Shown piece by piece: positions 1 to 13,867 of a DNA stretch of 64,000 nucleotides; the stretch's first letter is position 1; each line of letters starts with the position of its first letter. The position numbers were made by a program, and so were the translations under genes. Below the pieces are notes generated by a model. The model ran no database searches. It was not told the origin of the DNA and was given only the letters and a program-made list of their open reading frames with translations. Source of the stretch: Octopus vulgaris (lineage: Eukaryota); contig OX597828.1 in the NCBI GenBank assembly GCA_951406725.2, positions 25,978,001 to 26,042,000 on the forward strand. The letters run 5' to 3'.

Positions 1-234
1 GGCAATAACTCAAGCAAATTTTACAGCGAATTTGTTGTTATAGATAGATTTTACTGTAACTAATTTTTGTATTATTCTGTTTGTTGTACTAATTATGTAC
101 TACCATTATTTGTCATAACCTATTTTCAAATTTCTAATTATTGATTAATAATTAAAATATGACTTTTCTTAAAGTGTAAAAGATATTTTAATTTAATTAT
201 TTTTTAATTTTTGATAGAAATAACAAGTAATAAC

Positions 235-517
235 GTGCGGGCACATAGCTTAGTGGATCGAGCAGCGGACTCGCGGTCGAGGGATCGCGGGTTCGAATCT
301 CAGACCGGGCGATGTTTATGAGCGAAACACCTAAGTGGCTCCGGCAGAAGGTAATGGCGAACTTCTGCTGACTCTTTCGCCACAACTTTCTTTCATTCTT
401 TCCTCCTGCATATATAGCTGCGACGGACCGGCGTCCCGTCCAGGTGGGGAACCTATACGCCAATGAAACCGGGAAACCGACGCTTATGAGCCAAGCATGG
501 CTGGAAAAGGAACAAAG
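235..517 (+). mobile_element. tRNA-derived SINE (family D head, alternative tail) with 13-bp TSD
   Basis: A-box-like tagcttagtgg and B-box ggttcgaatc. The head matches the copies at 13511 and 46004. It is flanked by the direct repeat aacaagtaataac (222-234, 518-530). Confidence 0.85.
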
Positions 518-639
518 AACAAGTAATAACAAATAGAAGTAATAACACTTTTAGTTTTGATAAAAGCTAATATTTTCTAAATCTAAACATTTTATTTGAA
601 ATTTTATCATTAGCTGCAATATTTTAAATAAAAGATTTC

Positions 640-768
640 TTGTCCTGTACTTTACCAGATGTAATAAGTTGTCCTGAACTTTTCCAAGTCTAATAACTTG
701 TCCTGTAATTTTCCAGGTTTATAATCTTATGATTATTTCTCTTGTTCGCATTTTACCATGTAATAAAC
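640..768. repeat. 29-bp minisatellite, 3 copies plus 1 degenerate copy
   Basis: ttgtcctgtactttaccagatgtaataag / ttgtcctgaacttttccaagtctaataac / ttgtcctgtaattttccaggtttataatc. Confidence 0.8.
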
Positions 769-822
769 TTATTCTTATATATTTTCCTATTAAAGTACAT
801 CCTATATTGGCAACGCTAAATA

Positions 823-862
<40 letters not shown>

Positions 863-2924
863 TTACAGCGTTGAAGAATCTTGTCAGCAATTTACAAATA
901 CAGCTAAAATGTGTTAAATTCATTTTCAGTTATTTCTAAATAGTATCGGACATTCTGTTCCCAATCTTACCAAATGTTGCATCGGTCTCTAACAGGAGGA
1001 CTATAGGATCAGGGAGCAGTTGCAGGGCAAGACAGAACTTTCTTCTAGATTTTATTAGATATGTTACTATTGAGTAATAAACAAAAGTAAATACCGCCGT
1101 AATCCGGCGTTCGAATAATGCATCCACGTTAAATAGGATATAAAGATGGCCGTTCGGTATTAATGCTGCTTCCGTAGTAAAGACATATCAAATACAAGAG
1201 CTTTTAAGTAAATTTTTCAATGGCTGGCATAAAAATATATACATGGCATGTATATACATATATATTCATGTGTATGTACTTATGTTTATGTGTGCGCGTG
1301 TGTATGTAATACTAAAAATACGAAACAGCTTAATAGAAAGAAATTTTTTTCCAGGCAACTCTTCTATTATTATAATTAATTATATTTACATTTAGATTTG
1401 AAAAAAAATTATACTATTGTAAATTTTTTTTTTAAGTAAAAAATATGTACAAACTTAGGAATATTGTTTGCACCTAAAATAACGAAGCAGCGTATCTATT
1501 CGTGTCGATAAACTCTTCCGTTTGAGTTCAAATATTTTTCTCTTAAAAAGAGAAAAAATATTTTGATTTCTTAAAATTATCTCTTTTTCATCCTCATATA
1601 GGTTTATACGATGTTTTCATCATAAAATTCATTTCACAGAGCATTTTCATTTAAACACAAGTTTGCTTGTCAAATTTTGGGGTTACTTAGCAGATATTTC
1701 GTCACTTAAAACCACACTACTTTTTAAGGAAATTTTAATCAAGAGTCTACTCAATAAATATATCCTTTAAAACCCAATTAATCCATACTTTTCGTTTAAC
1801 ATAACGGAGATATTTTGATCCAAACTTTTCTCTTTACTCTCCCATTTTTCACCTCATGTATTTTGACCAAATTTCCTTTATTTTATCTCAATATGTAGCG
1901 TAGAATTGGACCATCATTGATAAAAAAAAAACAACCCCTATTCAATTTAGTTGAGAAATGAATCAGAGATGAAGTCTAAAAGTGCTCGCGAGGAAGTTGA
2001 CCTTAAGAATAAGAATATATTCACCCACTGCTGTGGGGGAATGATATATCTATAATATAAATTGGACATGGGCGATCATTTTATTCTTTCTAGTCATGGG
2101 GTTCACAGCCAAACGGCTGGGTGGATTCTCGTGAAAAATGGCACACATGTGGAGACGGGTGCATACATTGGAATGCGGTTAGTATGTTTTTCTTAGTCCC
2201 CATACTTACAGAGAAAATCGATTAAAACTTTTCTAGTGGAATTCCCCCGTTGGTTCCGCCATTAAAACAATCAGTTGCTCACACAGCCGGCTTATACCAT
2301 TTTGGTAGCAACAAGGGGAGTACAGGATGACAGTCAGCCAAAACTTTCTTTATGCTGTCTCTCTTCTTTCACCTCTTTGTAGGGTTTACCTTAAAAGACG
2401 TCAATTATGACGACACACACCTTCACTCACTCACTCACTCTATTTCTCATTATCACCCTCTTTCTTTCTCACATACACACGCGCAAGCACAGACGCACGC
2501 ACCCACACACGTGAAGCGCACCCCCCACACACACGTCCATTTCAAATATCTTCTTTCAATTTCTGTTCTATGCAAATAAAATTCTTACGGATACAACTGC
2601 TTACAGAAATAGGGATTAATGTATAATTTCTTTCTATGTTCATAATCAAATCAATGTTTTAATGATTAGACAGAGGTCCGATAGAATAGCTCTCAGAAAC
2701 AGTCTACGTACAAATTCGTTCTTCCCAACTCCTGAAGCTGTTTTCTGGCAAGGGTTGGGGAGAATCAGGGAATTTTCATATAGCTGGAGGCAATATGTAA
2801 AAAAATACAAACTGGGACAAGAACGCAAAACATTTAGAAGACGATACAAAAATCACGGACGGGACATTCGAAGCCTTCAATCTTCAGTTAAGAACCGGAT
2901 CATCCTCGCAATTTCGGCTGATAG

Positions 2925-2991
<67 letters not shown>

Positions 2992-3177
2992 CAGATGCAA
3001 AATCACACACACATATATACTTATGTTCATGCATACAGACGCGCTTATTGTACTGTCCCAACTCTTCGTGTAAAAGTATAATAAATACGCAGTCAACAAA
3101 CACGAGTGGCAATTCCTTCAGTTTAATGCTAAATTGTTTTTATTTTAACTCGACATAAAAAAGGAACATATTGACGT

Positions 3178-3395
3178 AAGGCGACGAGCTGGCAGAGTGA
3201 TTATCAAACCGGATAAAATGCTTTGCGGCATTTCATCCGTCTTTACGTTCCGAGTTCAAATTCTGCTGAGGTCGACATCGTCTTTCATCCTTTCGAGGTC
3301 GATAAAATAAGTACCAGATGAGCACTGGTGTTGATGTAATTGACTTAACCCCTTCCCTTAAAATTTCTGGCATTGTGCCAAAATTTGAAACCAAT
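3178..3395 (+). mobile_element. SINE family A
   Basis: Head aaggcgacgagctggcag, B-box gagttcaaat, conserved core gtcgac...tttcatcctttcg.ggtcgataaaataagtacc shared by more than 15 copies in the window. Confidence 0.85.
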
Positions 3396-3450
3396 ATACA
3401 TCTTGAAGACTAATTCATTTATTGTTACACACCTGATTTGTACACACATG

Positions 3451-3510
<60 letters not shown>

Positions 3511-3531
3511 CATATATATATACAAACACAA

Positions 3532-3588
<57 letters not shown>

Positions 3589-3904
3589 TAGATAGATAGA
3601 TAGATATATACATATATATACACACACACAAACAAACGCACACGTATATTTCAAAAATATAATTACTTTGCGATGACTATATACAGCATTCTCCATACGG
3701 CGCTCTTCAGACGCGAGTGTTTCGCTCGCCACTACTTGAGAACCGGTGTTTATTCATTTATGTCCACATTATTAAGACGTTGCGCAAGCGAGAACGATAG
3801 AATATATGGTCGACTTAAAGTCAGTAGTGAGATGAGTATGTTTAATTAACACTACAAGACGGTGCTTCAGCATGGCCTCAGTCCAGTTGAAAGATGTGTC
3901 ATGT

Positions 3905-4210
3905 CCCTGGAGGGGGTTAAGTCGATTACGTTGACCCCAGTATTTATCTGGTACTTATTTTATTGACTCTGACAGGATGTAAGGCAATATCGACCTCGGC
4001 GGAATTTGAACTCAGAACGCGAAGCAATAATTCTTTCTTATCTCGGCAGTAATTTTGAGGGAATGGGATTCAGTCGATTACATGGACCCCAGGACTTGAT
4101 ATGTTCTTGTTTTATTGACCCCGAAAAAAAAAAAAAAAAAAGAAAGGGCAAGACGACCTCAGCACGTAAAGGAATCAGAAGAAATGATACTAAGAATTTT
4201 GTCCGACGCA
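3905..4210 (-). mobile_element. Two partial SINE family A copies
   Basis: Reverse complement of the family A core (agtcgattac...ggtacttatttt...tcgacctcggcggaatttgaactcag) occurs twice. Confidence 0.7.
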
Positions 4211-4769
4211 CTCTGTATTGTTTTCCTTTGTTTATGTCTGCTTCAAGATGTGAAACAAACGCAAAGAAAATATTAACAAACCGGGGAAGCAAAGTGAGTG
4301 GTACATCTCACTTCGAACCGTTCACCATCTGTTAAGGTGTAACTGGACATAAGTCACCAGCTTGTCTCAGATAACATCCCTACATGTTCTGGTGTCTACT
4401 ATTCTTGACGATAAATTTGTGAAGTGAGAAGACTAGCATAATCTAAAGATATTCACGGCGCGGATATTTTTGTTTTCTATGCCTGGTGTTCATTTTGATA
4501 TGAGGCCTCTTTAACCTAGAAGACTGATTCTCGTTTAAAGGAGTGGGGGGGGGGTGCTGTTAAATGAATCGGTGATAAATGAATAATAGAACGAATGGGG
4601 AAAATAGATTTCGATCTGAGACTCCAAACATTGTGGATGGTTGCTGGGGCGGCTTTGGCGCTCCAAGCAGAATCTATGATTGGTCCCCGACCGGTGTTAT
4701 TACTGGTCAATTCGGGGTAAAACTAACACGGTTCACAATTAAGAGTATCGTGATATCCCAGATCAGTAA

Positions 4770-5085
4770 TAGTTGGTCGTCTGTCGGTTACGACGACGAG
4801 TGTTCCATTTGATCGTTTTAATGGAACAGCCTTTTAGTAAAATTAACGCGCAAGTGGCTGAGCACTCCACAGACACATATACCCTTAATGTACTTCTCAG
4901 GGAGATTCAGCGTGATACAGAATGTGACAAGGCCAGCCCCTTTGAATTACAGGTACTACTCACTTTTGCCAGCTGAGTAGACTGGAGCAACGTGAGATAA
5001 CGTGTCTTGCTCAAGAACACAATACGTCGCTAGGAATCGAACTCACGACCTTACGACCTTTAATCACTAACCCACGCGCCTTCAC
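4770..5085 (-). mobile_element. tRNA-derived SINE family C
   Basis: Near full-length homology to 43808-44138. tRNA-like head on the minus strand (gagttcgattcc B-box), followed by gtgttcttgagcaagacac. Confidence 0.8.
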
Positions 5086-5857
5086 TGGATCTGTTATAAA
5101 TGAATCAGTGATAAACGAAGACCGATGTTTTAATTTTCGTTGGAGAAGTGAGGAGTTTGCAGAATGATATGATTAGGGGATTTGAACTTGTGTCTATGAG
5201 GTTTGGTATAACATATTGTGCCACGACATAGCTATTGCGACATTGTTTTGTTTGTCGTTGAGTGTGGCAGAGACAGGCAACCATAGGTTGGCTCTTTAAC
5301 CAATCAACCTGTGCACAGCTGTCTCAGAGGGCGGTGTTTCGTCTTATTTAGGTTGGTTGGAGGGAGAGAGAGAGAGAGGGGGGAGGGAGAAAGAGAGAGA
5401 ATGCGCGAGAAAGGAGAGATTGAGGTGAGGGAGATTGGAAGAGCTTGGATAGATTAAAAGAGCAAAAGCAGGAGAAAACGGAAGAAAGCAAGAAACACAA
5501 GAAAGAAGAAGAAAAAAAAAGGAAAAAGAAAGCAAATGGAATGTAATGATGGCGGTGTGATGCGGATGATGACGGAGCTGGAAGGTGGCGGTGGTTTTTG
5601 TGACGTTTAGAACAGAAAGTGAAAATATATATTAAAATAAATAAATAAATAAAAAAAATATATATATATAATATAAAAGAAAAGGAAGAACGACGTTGTT
5701 GGCAGGCGAAGCTCTGGAACGGTAAGATGATGGCAAAACAGTGAGGAATGATGATCGGAATAACGTTGAGAGGATGGCAAAATGGATGAGAAAAGACCAA
5801 CATTTCTTCACCTCTTCTTCCTTTACATTCTTAGTGTTTTTTTTTTCTCGCACGTTT

Positions 5858-6030
5858 CTTCTTCTTCTTCTCCTCCTTCTTCTTCTTCTTCTTCTTCTTC
5901 TTCTTCTTCTTCTTCTTCTTCTTCTTCTTCTTCTTCTTCTTCTTCTTCTTTTTTTTCTTCTTCTTTTCTTCTTCTTCTTCTTCTTCTTCTTCTTCTTCTT
6001 CTTCTTCTTCTTCTTCTTCTTCTTCTTCTT

Positions 6031-6061
<31 letters not shown>

Positions 6062-6287
6062 TTCTCCTCCTCCTTCTTCTCCACCCCTCCTCCTCCTTCT
6101 TCTTCTTCATATTTTTCTTTTTCTTCTTCTCCTCCTCTTTCTTCTTCTCCTTCTTATTATTATTCTCCTCCTTCTTCTTCTTCTTCTTCTTCTTCTTCTC
6201 CTCCTCCTCCTCCTCCTCCTCCTTCTTCTTCTTCGTCTTCTTCTCCTCCTCCTCCTTCTTCTTCCACCACCACCACCACCATCACCT

Positions 6288-6343
<56 letters not shown>

Positions 6344-6353
6344 ACTACTGCTG

Positions 6354-6418
<65 letters not shown>
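5858..6418. repeat. Compound trinucleotide microsatellite (TTC/CCT/CCA/CTA/CTG)
   Basis: Directly visible. Explains the homopolymer ORFs at 5632-6561. Confidence 0.97.
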
Positions 6419-6419
<1 letters not shown>

Positions 6420-6843
6420 TTTTTCTAACACTATTTCTTATTCTTCGCCATGTTTTTTTCCAGCCAAACTTCCTTTCTCTACCTTCCACTCTTGGTTCTT
6501 AATTTTTTTCTATGACATACACACATACACACACACACACACACACACGTATACGCTATAATCTTTGTCTATGTTAGTTTTTTTTTTGTTTGATTTTTCT
6601 TGAAGTTTTCTTCTCTTATGCTCCGTTGACAATGTTCTTATTGTTGCTGCCGTTGATGTTGTTAATGCTGTGTTGCAGTTGTTTTTATTAGTATTGCTAT
6701 TATTATTGTTGTTGTCCTCCTTCTCCTCCTCTTCCTTCCTTTTCTTCTTTTTCTGATCGCCATCTTTTTCCTTCATATTCCCGCTCTTTTCTGCCATTTT
6801 TTTTTCTTTTCTCCATCCTCGCTTCCTGCTTTTTCCTCTCCGA

Positions 6844-6860
6844 TACTACTACTACTGCTG

Positions 6861-6909
<49 letters not shown>

Positions 6910-6928
6910 AACTACTACAACTACCACC

Positions 6929-6981
<53 letters not shown>

Positions 6982-6988
6982 CACCACC

Positions 6989-7041
<53 letters not shown>

Positions 7042-7174
7042 CACTACTACTACTACAGCAGCAACAACAGCAATATTTCCATCGTTAATCTTTTCCTTGT
7101 ATTCCAGATATAAGCTACGCATACGTACATACGTACACACATACACATATATGCAATGTTTATATAAATATATG

Positions 7175-7209
<35 letters not shown>

Positions 7210-7563
7210 ATAAATGTGTGTGTGTGTGTATAAATGTGTGTATGTGTGTGTGGTACCAATGGCTTCCTTGGTTTTCAAATTGTTTCCAGAATCAGGGGTT
7301 TGTATGTATTACTAATCTAGCTTTGTCCTTTTCTTTCTATCATCAATCTACCACCCCACATCCTTCCTAATCACGGTCATCAGGCCACCCCCACTTCACC
7401 GCTACAACACTAAACGACAATAGCGCCGCCACAAGCACCGCTACATCAACACCACTCCTGCAACAACAACAACAACAACACTACATTAACAACACACCAC
7501 TGACTACCAGCACCAAAACTACAACACTACATCACCTGGACCACCACTTCCACCACCACCACC

Positions 7564-7605
<42 letters not shown>

Positions 7606-7754
7606 TCTTCTTCTTCTTCTTCTCCTACTACTACTACTACTACTATCACTACACATCATTGCCACTACCACTGATACTACATCCATAACTATTATTAGCA
7701 CTTCTGTAACCACTCTGTGTACCATAGCCACCACTATAATCACGACCACTTTCA

Positions 7755-7810
<56 letters not shown>

Positions 7811-8480
7811 ATCCAGCACCACTACCACCACCGACACCACCATCCCTGATCCGGTTGTTCAAAATGGACGTTTCCAAACCTGAAACGACGACGACGTTAT
7901 GCAAATGTTACAGCGTTTTGAGAGTGAGGTAATGAAGATGGTGGGAGGAGGGAGAGGTGTTGCTGGTGGTGGTGGTGGTGGTGGCGGTTTTGGTGGTGGT
8001 GGTGGTGATGGTACAGGCAATAAGTGGTAGTGATGGTGTTGATGATGATGGTGATGCCGGTGTTGATGACGGTGGAGGCATAGGTAATGATTGTGGGGGA
8101 AGTAGCGGTGGCAGTGGCGGCGGTGGTGGTGGTTTGAAAATTGCCTGACCAGCTGTTATAGGTATCGATCATAAACTAGAGCTGTTTGCAATGGACAGTA
8201 GCGATGGTGGCGGTGTTAGTGGTGGTGGTGGTGTGTTGATATAGTTGCGGTAGTGGTGATAGTAGCGGTGGTGGTGATGGTATGGTTGCGCTGGTCGAGC
8301 TGGTGGCAATGTTAGAGGTGTGATGATATAGTAGCAACGGTGGTAGTGGTTGTGGTGGTGGTGGTGGTGGTGGTGGCGGCAGTGGTGGTGGTGGTGGTGG
8401 TGGTCGAGGTGATGGTGAGAAGCGATGGTAGTAGTATGGTGAAGGTGGTGATGGCGGAGGCGGTGGTGGAAGTGGTGACG
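6844..8480. repeat. Cluster of (CTA)n/(CCA)n and (GGT)n/(GAT)n trinucleotide tracts
   Basis: Visible tracts at about 6844-7070, 7545-7830 and 7960-8480. Confidence 0.93.
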
Positions 8481-8542
8481 GTACTCTGAATGTACTTCCA
8501 CCAGTGGTGATTGAGTACTTGCAGGTTGTGTGGGCAAGCGTG

Positions 8543-8623
<81 letters not shown>

Positions 8624-11039
8624 GTGTGTGTAGATTCTATGGGTGTGTATATAGAGATACATGAAGGTGTATAGAAATGTGAGTGTTTATAGCACAGTAT
8701 CAATAGAAAAAGAGGCGTTTAGAAAAATATTTTGAGGTGTGTATAAAGATGTTAGAACAGAAGAGTATATCTACACCAATACAAAACTATGGGTGTGTAT
8801 AAAGGTTTATCTCAGGGTGTCTATAGAGTTGCGTTCGTATGTAGAGTTCTATGTTGGAGTGTGTATAAAAGGGGAGGATGTATAAAATGGAAGTGTGTAT
8901 AAAATGGCGGTATTTACAAAAGTGCACGTGGATCTATTAAGAGATATTAGCGCGTTTTCATAATTATTTGATTATTTTGTTATTTAACCCTAGGCTGATT
9001 AATCCCATCTATGATCACAGACGCCAGTTGTAGCAATCTTGTGATTATGTTTACCAAGGACTTCATTCTTCATTGATTCTTCTTTATTTAAAATGGCAGA
9101 ATCATTTGGAAACTATTTCTAGCAGGTTGTGTGGTTGTGTGTGTATGAGCGTCTGTGTGCATATATGCATGTGTGAATATATGCTTGTATGTATGTGTGT
9201 GTCTGTGTCAGTGGTCAGATATACGATTTGATGACACCATGTATATGTGCGCGTATGTCTTTTGTGTGTGTGTCTATATGTCTGTGTGTGTGCATGTAAG
9301 TATATATGTGTATGTCTGCATGTGTATGCTAGTATGTTTTTATATATTTGTGTGTGTATTTCGGGTGTTATCTATGCAGCTGTGTCGCTGTATATAATAT
9401 TTGTATTATGATAGCAGGTAAGAAACGACATGTTTATATATGTATATATGTGTGTATATATAAACCAATGGTAGCCTTATTAACCCACAAATGTGTAAAT
9501 GTCTATATCTACCTTTATGAGTACAGGGTATGTGAATGTAGGTTGTATTTGTTATGGTTTCTGTATCTTGGCGCCAACTTCTTCGTGGTATTAGAATCTT
9601 GGTATTCTAGACACTAAATAAAACAATATGCTAATGATCGTTACTTTCATTAGTCACTTAATTATCGGGATACCACTCAATTACTTCCCCATCAATCTTG
9701 TGTAAGTCAAGTCAACCTGGATGGGTCCATGCTATTATTATAATTAAAGGGTTGAACCCATAAACAACGGGGTCGACTAAAACGCAGTTGACTGACTTGC
9801 TAGAATATCGGTTTTATCCTAACAAAATAAGGAATATCTTTCTGGCTTTTCTTTTCAAGCGTTACTGCTTTTTGTGGTGAATTCTTTCTACTCTATGGTA
9901 CAAGTTTGCGACCAAGTGGACTGGGCCGTTTGTGAATTGAGCGTCGTAACATACACACAACATAGTACTGCTGACAGAAATACTGCACAGTACATTTGAA
10001 TACAGAGATGGTATAATACGTTTGAATAGAGACAAAAGATAATATATTTGAACACAGACAGAACACAGTGCTTTAGATACCGAGCACAAAATAGCAAATT
10101 TGATAAAGTTTATTATCCTTGTCTTGTTATCCATTTCCCTAACTCCTTCAACCTTTAATTCTCTGTAAATCCGTGATTTATGTCAAGATGCTAAAGTAGA
10201 CCACAATCTAAACGTTTTTTTCCACACTAAAAAAGCATAATTTTGAATGAGATGTCCATATCCTATTCATATATTTTTTGAAAGCCAGTGCAGCTTGTAA
10301 ACCTCACGGATAGAAAGAAATATATTTGATTATAATTCATATTTACAGAAATCCAACATTGTACCCTTAAATGAAAATCATGTTAAAACATGGCTGATAA
10401 TTCATTCTACCTTGAAATGCTATTCTCCCAAGTTAAATATCGCACACACACTCGTTATATTTCCCTTATTTTATATTTTACGTTCGCATTTTCAAGAATA
10501 TTTCCTTCGCACACTCTGCTGCCTTTTCAACTGGATTCCTTCTTGCGCTTGAATTTTTACTTTGTTATATGGTTTTGTGTGCTGGAATATAACTTGTGCT
10601 AGAGACATATTTAATCGGGTAGAATCACCCGCTCAATGTCCGTGTTTTGTTTCTACAAACTGGAAACAAATACAGCATATAATCGCTGATCAACAAGGAC
10701 TAGTTTGTAGTGTGAAGCACCACGAAACTAACTCATGAAAACACACAGTAATATTAGAATTCGCCCATTTGATAAATTACCAGATATTTGAATCGAGAGG
10801 ATATCGCACATTCAATGAAAGAATCCACAATCACTTAAGACATTTATTTCTTGCGGATTTGATTCACCTAATTGTAAATAGCTACCTTTTGTAAGAATAA
10901 AGTTCAACAGCCTATCCCAAAGGAGGCGCTTTTTTTAATCATTTCTTAATTATTTACACATCAACGAATAACTAATTCTCTAGTGTAGGTAACTATTAAA
11001 TTAAAATAATCATCTATTGATCATGTTTAACGCATATAC

Positions 11040-11195
11040 ACTGGGTTTGCGTACAGTTTCCATCTACCCAATTCACTCACAAGGCATTGGTCCAGGGCTG
11101 TAGTAGAAGATACTTGCTCAAGATGTCACACAATGGCACTGAACACAAGATCACGTGGTTGAAATGGAAGCTTCTTAACTACACAGGCACACTTG
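11040..11195 (-). mobile_element. SINE family B, 5' half (degraded)
   Basis: cagtttccatctaccc...ttcactcacaaggcattggtcc...tagtagaagatacttgctcaagatgtcac matches the reverse complement of 62987-63140. Confidence 0.75.
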
Positions 11196-11330
11196 CGATT
11201 AAAACAGATTTCTTTTCTTTTTGCTGGGCTGCAAGAGGAAATATGATATTCTGAAGTGTATCCTTTTCGGGGATATTAGTAAAGATACCATTGAAGTAAG
11301 AGAATTAGATGCAGCTAGGAACCGATAACA

Positions 11331-11765
11331 AAGCAGCGAGATTGCAGAATCATTAGCCGGTCAGTGATTCTTATCTTGAATCCATAAGGCTCTTGGGAGT
11401 CCATATGGCCCTTGGGAGTCCATAAGGCCTTGGGGTCCATATAAGATTTTGTTGTTATCTGCAATAAAATTGGTTACACCTATACAATAGACAACATTTA
11501 AAGAGTTTTTTTTATATATATTATTCCTAATAATCATTAAAAGATAATAGGATTTTTAGACATCAAAATGGTTATGGGGGTCCGTCTGAACAAAATAGGA
11601 ATCAAAGGGGTCCCTTGGTGAAAAATGGTCAAGAAACACTGGGCTGAATGCTTAACTCTATTCTTTCGGGCTTTTTCCGTACCGAATTCAAATCTCGCTG
11701 GGGTCAACTTTGTATTTTCATGCCTTTGGGGTTGATAAAATAAAGTTAAATATTGGGTCGATGTA
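11331..11765 (+). mobile_element. Degraded SINE family A split by a MITE
   Basis: Head aaagcagcgagattgcagaatcattagc at 11331. The body resumes at 11642 (ggctgaatgctta...ggtcaactttg...ttcatgcctttggggttgataaaataaag). Confidence 0.7.
11362..11641. mobile_element. hAT-like MITE (~280 bp)
   Basis: Termini cagtgattctt / aagaaacactg are CAGTG-type TIRs. Internal 19-bp repeats tccataaggctcttgggag x3 and ggggtcc subterminal motifs. No clean 8-bp TSD. Confidence 0.65.
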
Positions 11766-11989
11766 AAAAAGTGTTGGCCTTGAGTCCAGCAACGGACCGA
11801 CGTCCAGGAGAATGTTATGATCGTGGTCATTTATACTCCATTGAAACCGGGTCACTGGCCTTATGAGTGCTAAGGCCGAAGAAATATGTTTTTAGAAAGG
11901 TATCGGCATTAGCTAAGTCTCCTTCAAATCACATTTTGTAATCCCAGAAACGAAAGACACATTGAGTAATGTGCTTTCTGGATGTACTG

Positions 11990-12120
11990 CATCTCGGAAC
12001 AAGATGTGAAGGGCAAGGATGGAATGTGATGTGTTTGTCTAAAGGTATGCCTGGTTAGCACAGAACTGGGGTTAAACAATAACAACGGCAACAGATCTCC
12101 ATGTCTCATGGCATCGAAAT
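11990..12120 (-). pseudogene. Possible non-LTR reverse transcriptase relic
   Basis: MRHGDLLPLLLFN resembles the RT motif GVRQGDPLSPLLFN. Nothing else is recognisable. Confidence 0.35.
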
Positions 12121-12487
12121 CTTTATCTCTGGCTCAGTTGACAAAAAAATCTTTTTAGTTAGTAGCGTCAGTTAAGAAGTTGACGCTGACTAAGTCTCCT
12201 CGACTTAGTTAACTCGACACAGCTTGTTTAATCCTTATTAATCTTCATTGTCAACACGTGTGTTGCTACTTTCACTGACAAAACACTAAACTAAAAAATA
12301 ATTAAGAAAAAGAAATTTTCTTTAAAAAATTTAACTCTTGCAGTTATTTTCATTTTATTATATTTTCAGTAATTTTTTTTTTCATTTTAACCAATTAATC
12401 ATTTTGCTAATTCATTTTAATTTACAAAAGCTTCGTGACCGTAATCCAATGACAATCTTCCCCCTCTCTCTCCCTCTCTCTTTCTCC

Positions 12488-12519
<32 letters not shown>

Positions 12520-12547
12520 GCGTGTGTATGCACGTGTGCATGTTTAT

Positions 12548-12620
<73 letters not shown>

Positions 12621-13139
12621 CACACATACATACATATATGAATATATGTGTACACGCACACATACACATACATACACACACACACACATTGACCGTCCTG
12701 AGTTTTTACTGTGCAAATTACTTGGGCCATAAATGTTTTCTGCTCTTTTTTGAATAAATTTAAGTCCCTTGGCTACATGGTTCCAAGGTTGGACAATGGT
12801 CGCTCTGATGACGGTTGTTGAAGCAGAAACACGTATCCTCAGTTGTCCTCCAATCTCCATACAGATTTTTCTCAATCACACGTCAGTTATGGGTCTTGCG
12901 ATTATCCCCCCTATTCAAATGGAACTAGTTTTAATTGCCATTTGGTTATTATTTATCTTTAATTATTAAATATGATATATCTTCTAGAGACGGAGATAAT
13001 TTTGATAAATCAAGAATCTATGTTGTAGAGTATTTGATACACCTGTATGTATCTACAAACCCGCCCACAAACCTACACACGTGCACTATATATATATATA
13101 ATCACAAATTATTAGATGTTGCTGCACAACACTGGTCAC

Positions 13140-13390
13140 AATGCGCTTCCAAATCTGCCTTGATTACGCCATTTTCTTCCATCTTCACTAAAACCGCTTA
13201 ACTAAATCATTTTCTCATCGTAGCGGGGGCCTTCGAAGCGGCTCTCTCCGATCTCTTGGCTACCATTTGGCAACTGCGTGGGTCTATCTGTTGTCTGTGA
13301 TCGTTGCAAACATGCCTGGCCCAACGGAACATCGTTCGCTCCGCTCTCTTCACACCTGGATGCTCATAGGCTAGCAGTAGGCCTTAAAAT
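13140..13390 (-). mobile_element. RTE-clade LINE 3' relic
   Basis: Minus-strand frames give RWARHV then TDNR*THAVAKW*PRDRREPLRRPPLR*, like the RTE motif RWAGHV..TDNRWT..V.EW.PR...RP.GRPP.RW. Confidence 0.65.
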
Positions 13391-13431
13391 GGACTACATG
13401 AAACTATATATGTATATATATATACATATAC

Positions 13432-13506
<75 letters not shown>

Positions 13507-13510
13507 CGTG

Positions 13511-13809
13511 TGGAGGCGCAATGGCCCAGTGGTTAGGGCAGTGGACTCGCGGTCGTAAGATCGCGGTTTCAATTCCCAGACTGGGCATTGTGTGTGTTTA
13601 TTGAGCGAAAACACCTAAAAAGCTCCTCGAGGCTCCGGTAGGGGGTGGTGATCCCTGCTGTACTCTTTCACCACTCTTTCTCTCACTCTTTCCTCTGTTG
13701 GCCTGCTCGCTTAGCCAGCGGGGTGGCGTCATTCGAAGGCTAAAACAATGCGAACGCATTGTGACCAGCGATGTGTAGCAACATCTGATAGCCTGGTCGG
13801 CCACGTGAT

Positions 13810-13817
<8 letters not shown>
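13511..13817 (+). mobile_element. tRNA-derived SINE family D, full length
   Basis: tRNA-like head ggaggcgcaatggcccagtggttagggcag; ends cacgtgatcacgtga. Near-identical to the reverse complement of 46004-46307. Sits between (TG)n and (AT)n. Confidence 0.9.

Positions 13818-13867
<50 letters not shown>

Noticed and set aside
238-310. tRNA-like sequence (also at 13511, 46230, 44060 and 62988)
   Set aside because: These are SINE heads. They continue into SINE bodies, with TSDs in some copies and no intact cloverleaf.
640-768. CRISPR-like spaced repeats (also 9990-10085 and 11390-11445)
   Set aside because: These are contiguous degenerate minisatellites without unique spacers, in a eukaryotic context with no cas genes.
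2094-2177. 84-nt candidate exon (ttctttctag ... gttagt)
   Set aside because: The splice signals are plausible, but there is no recognisable peptide or compatible partner exon.
2646-2934. TASGVGKNEFVRRL, a P-loop-like peptide
   Set aside because: It lacks the first Gly of Walker A and has no convincing exon boundaries or further domain similarity.
3700-3730. GAAAC...GUC-UGAAGA hammerhead-like words on the minus strand
   Set aside because: There is no room for stem I, so the topology is impossible.
5632-8703. Long ORFs (up to 259 aa) with poly-K/R/S/P/T/H runs
   Set aside because: They are translations of trinucleotide microsatellites, open in several frames on both strands.
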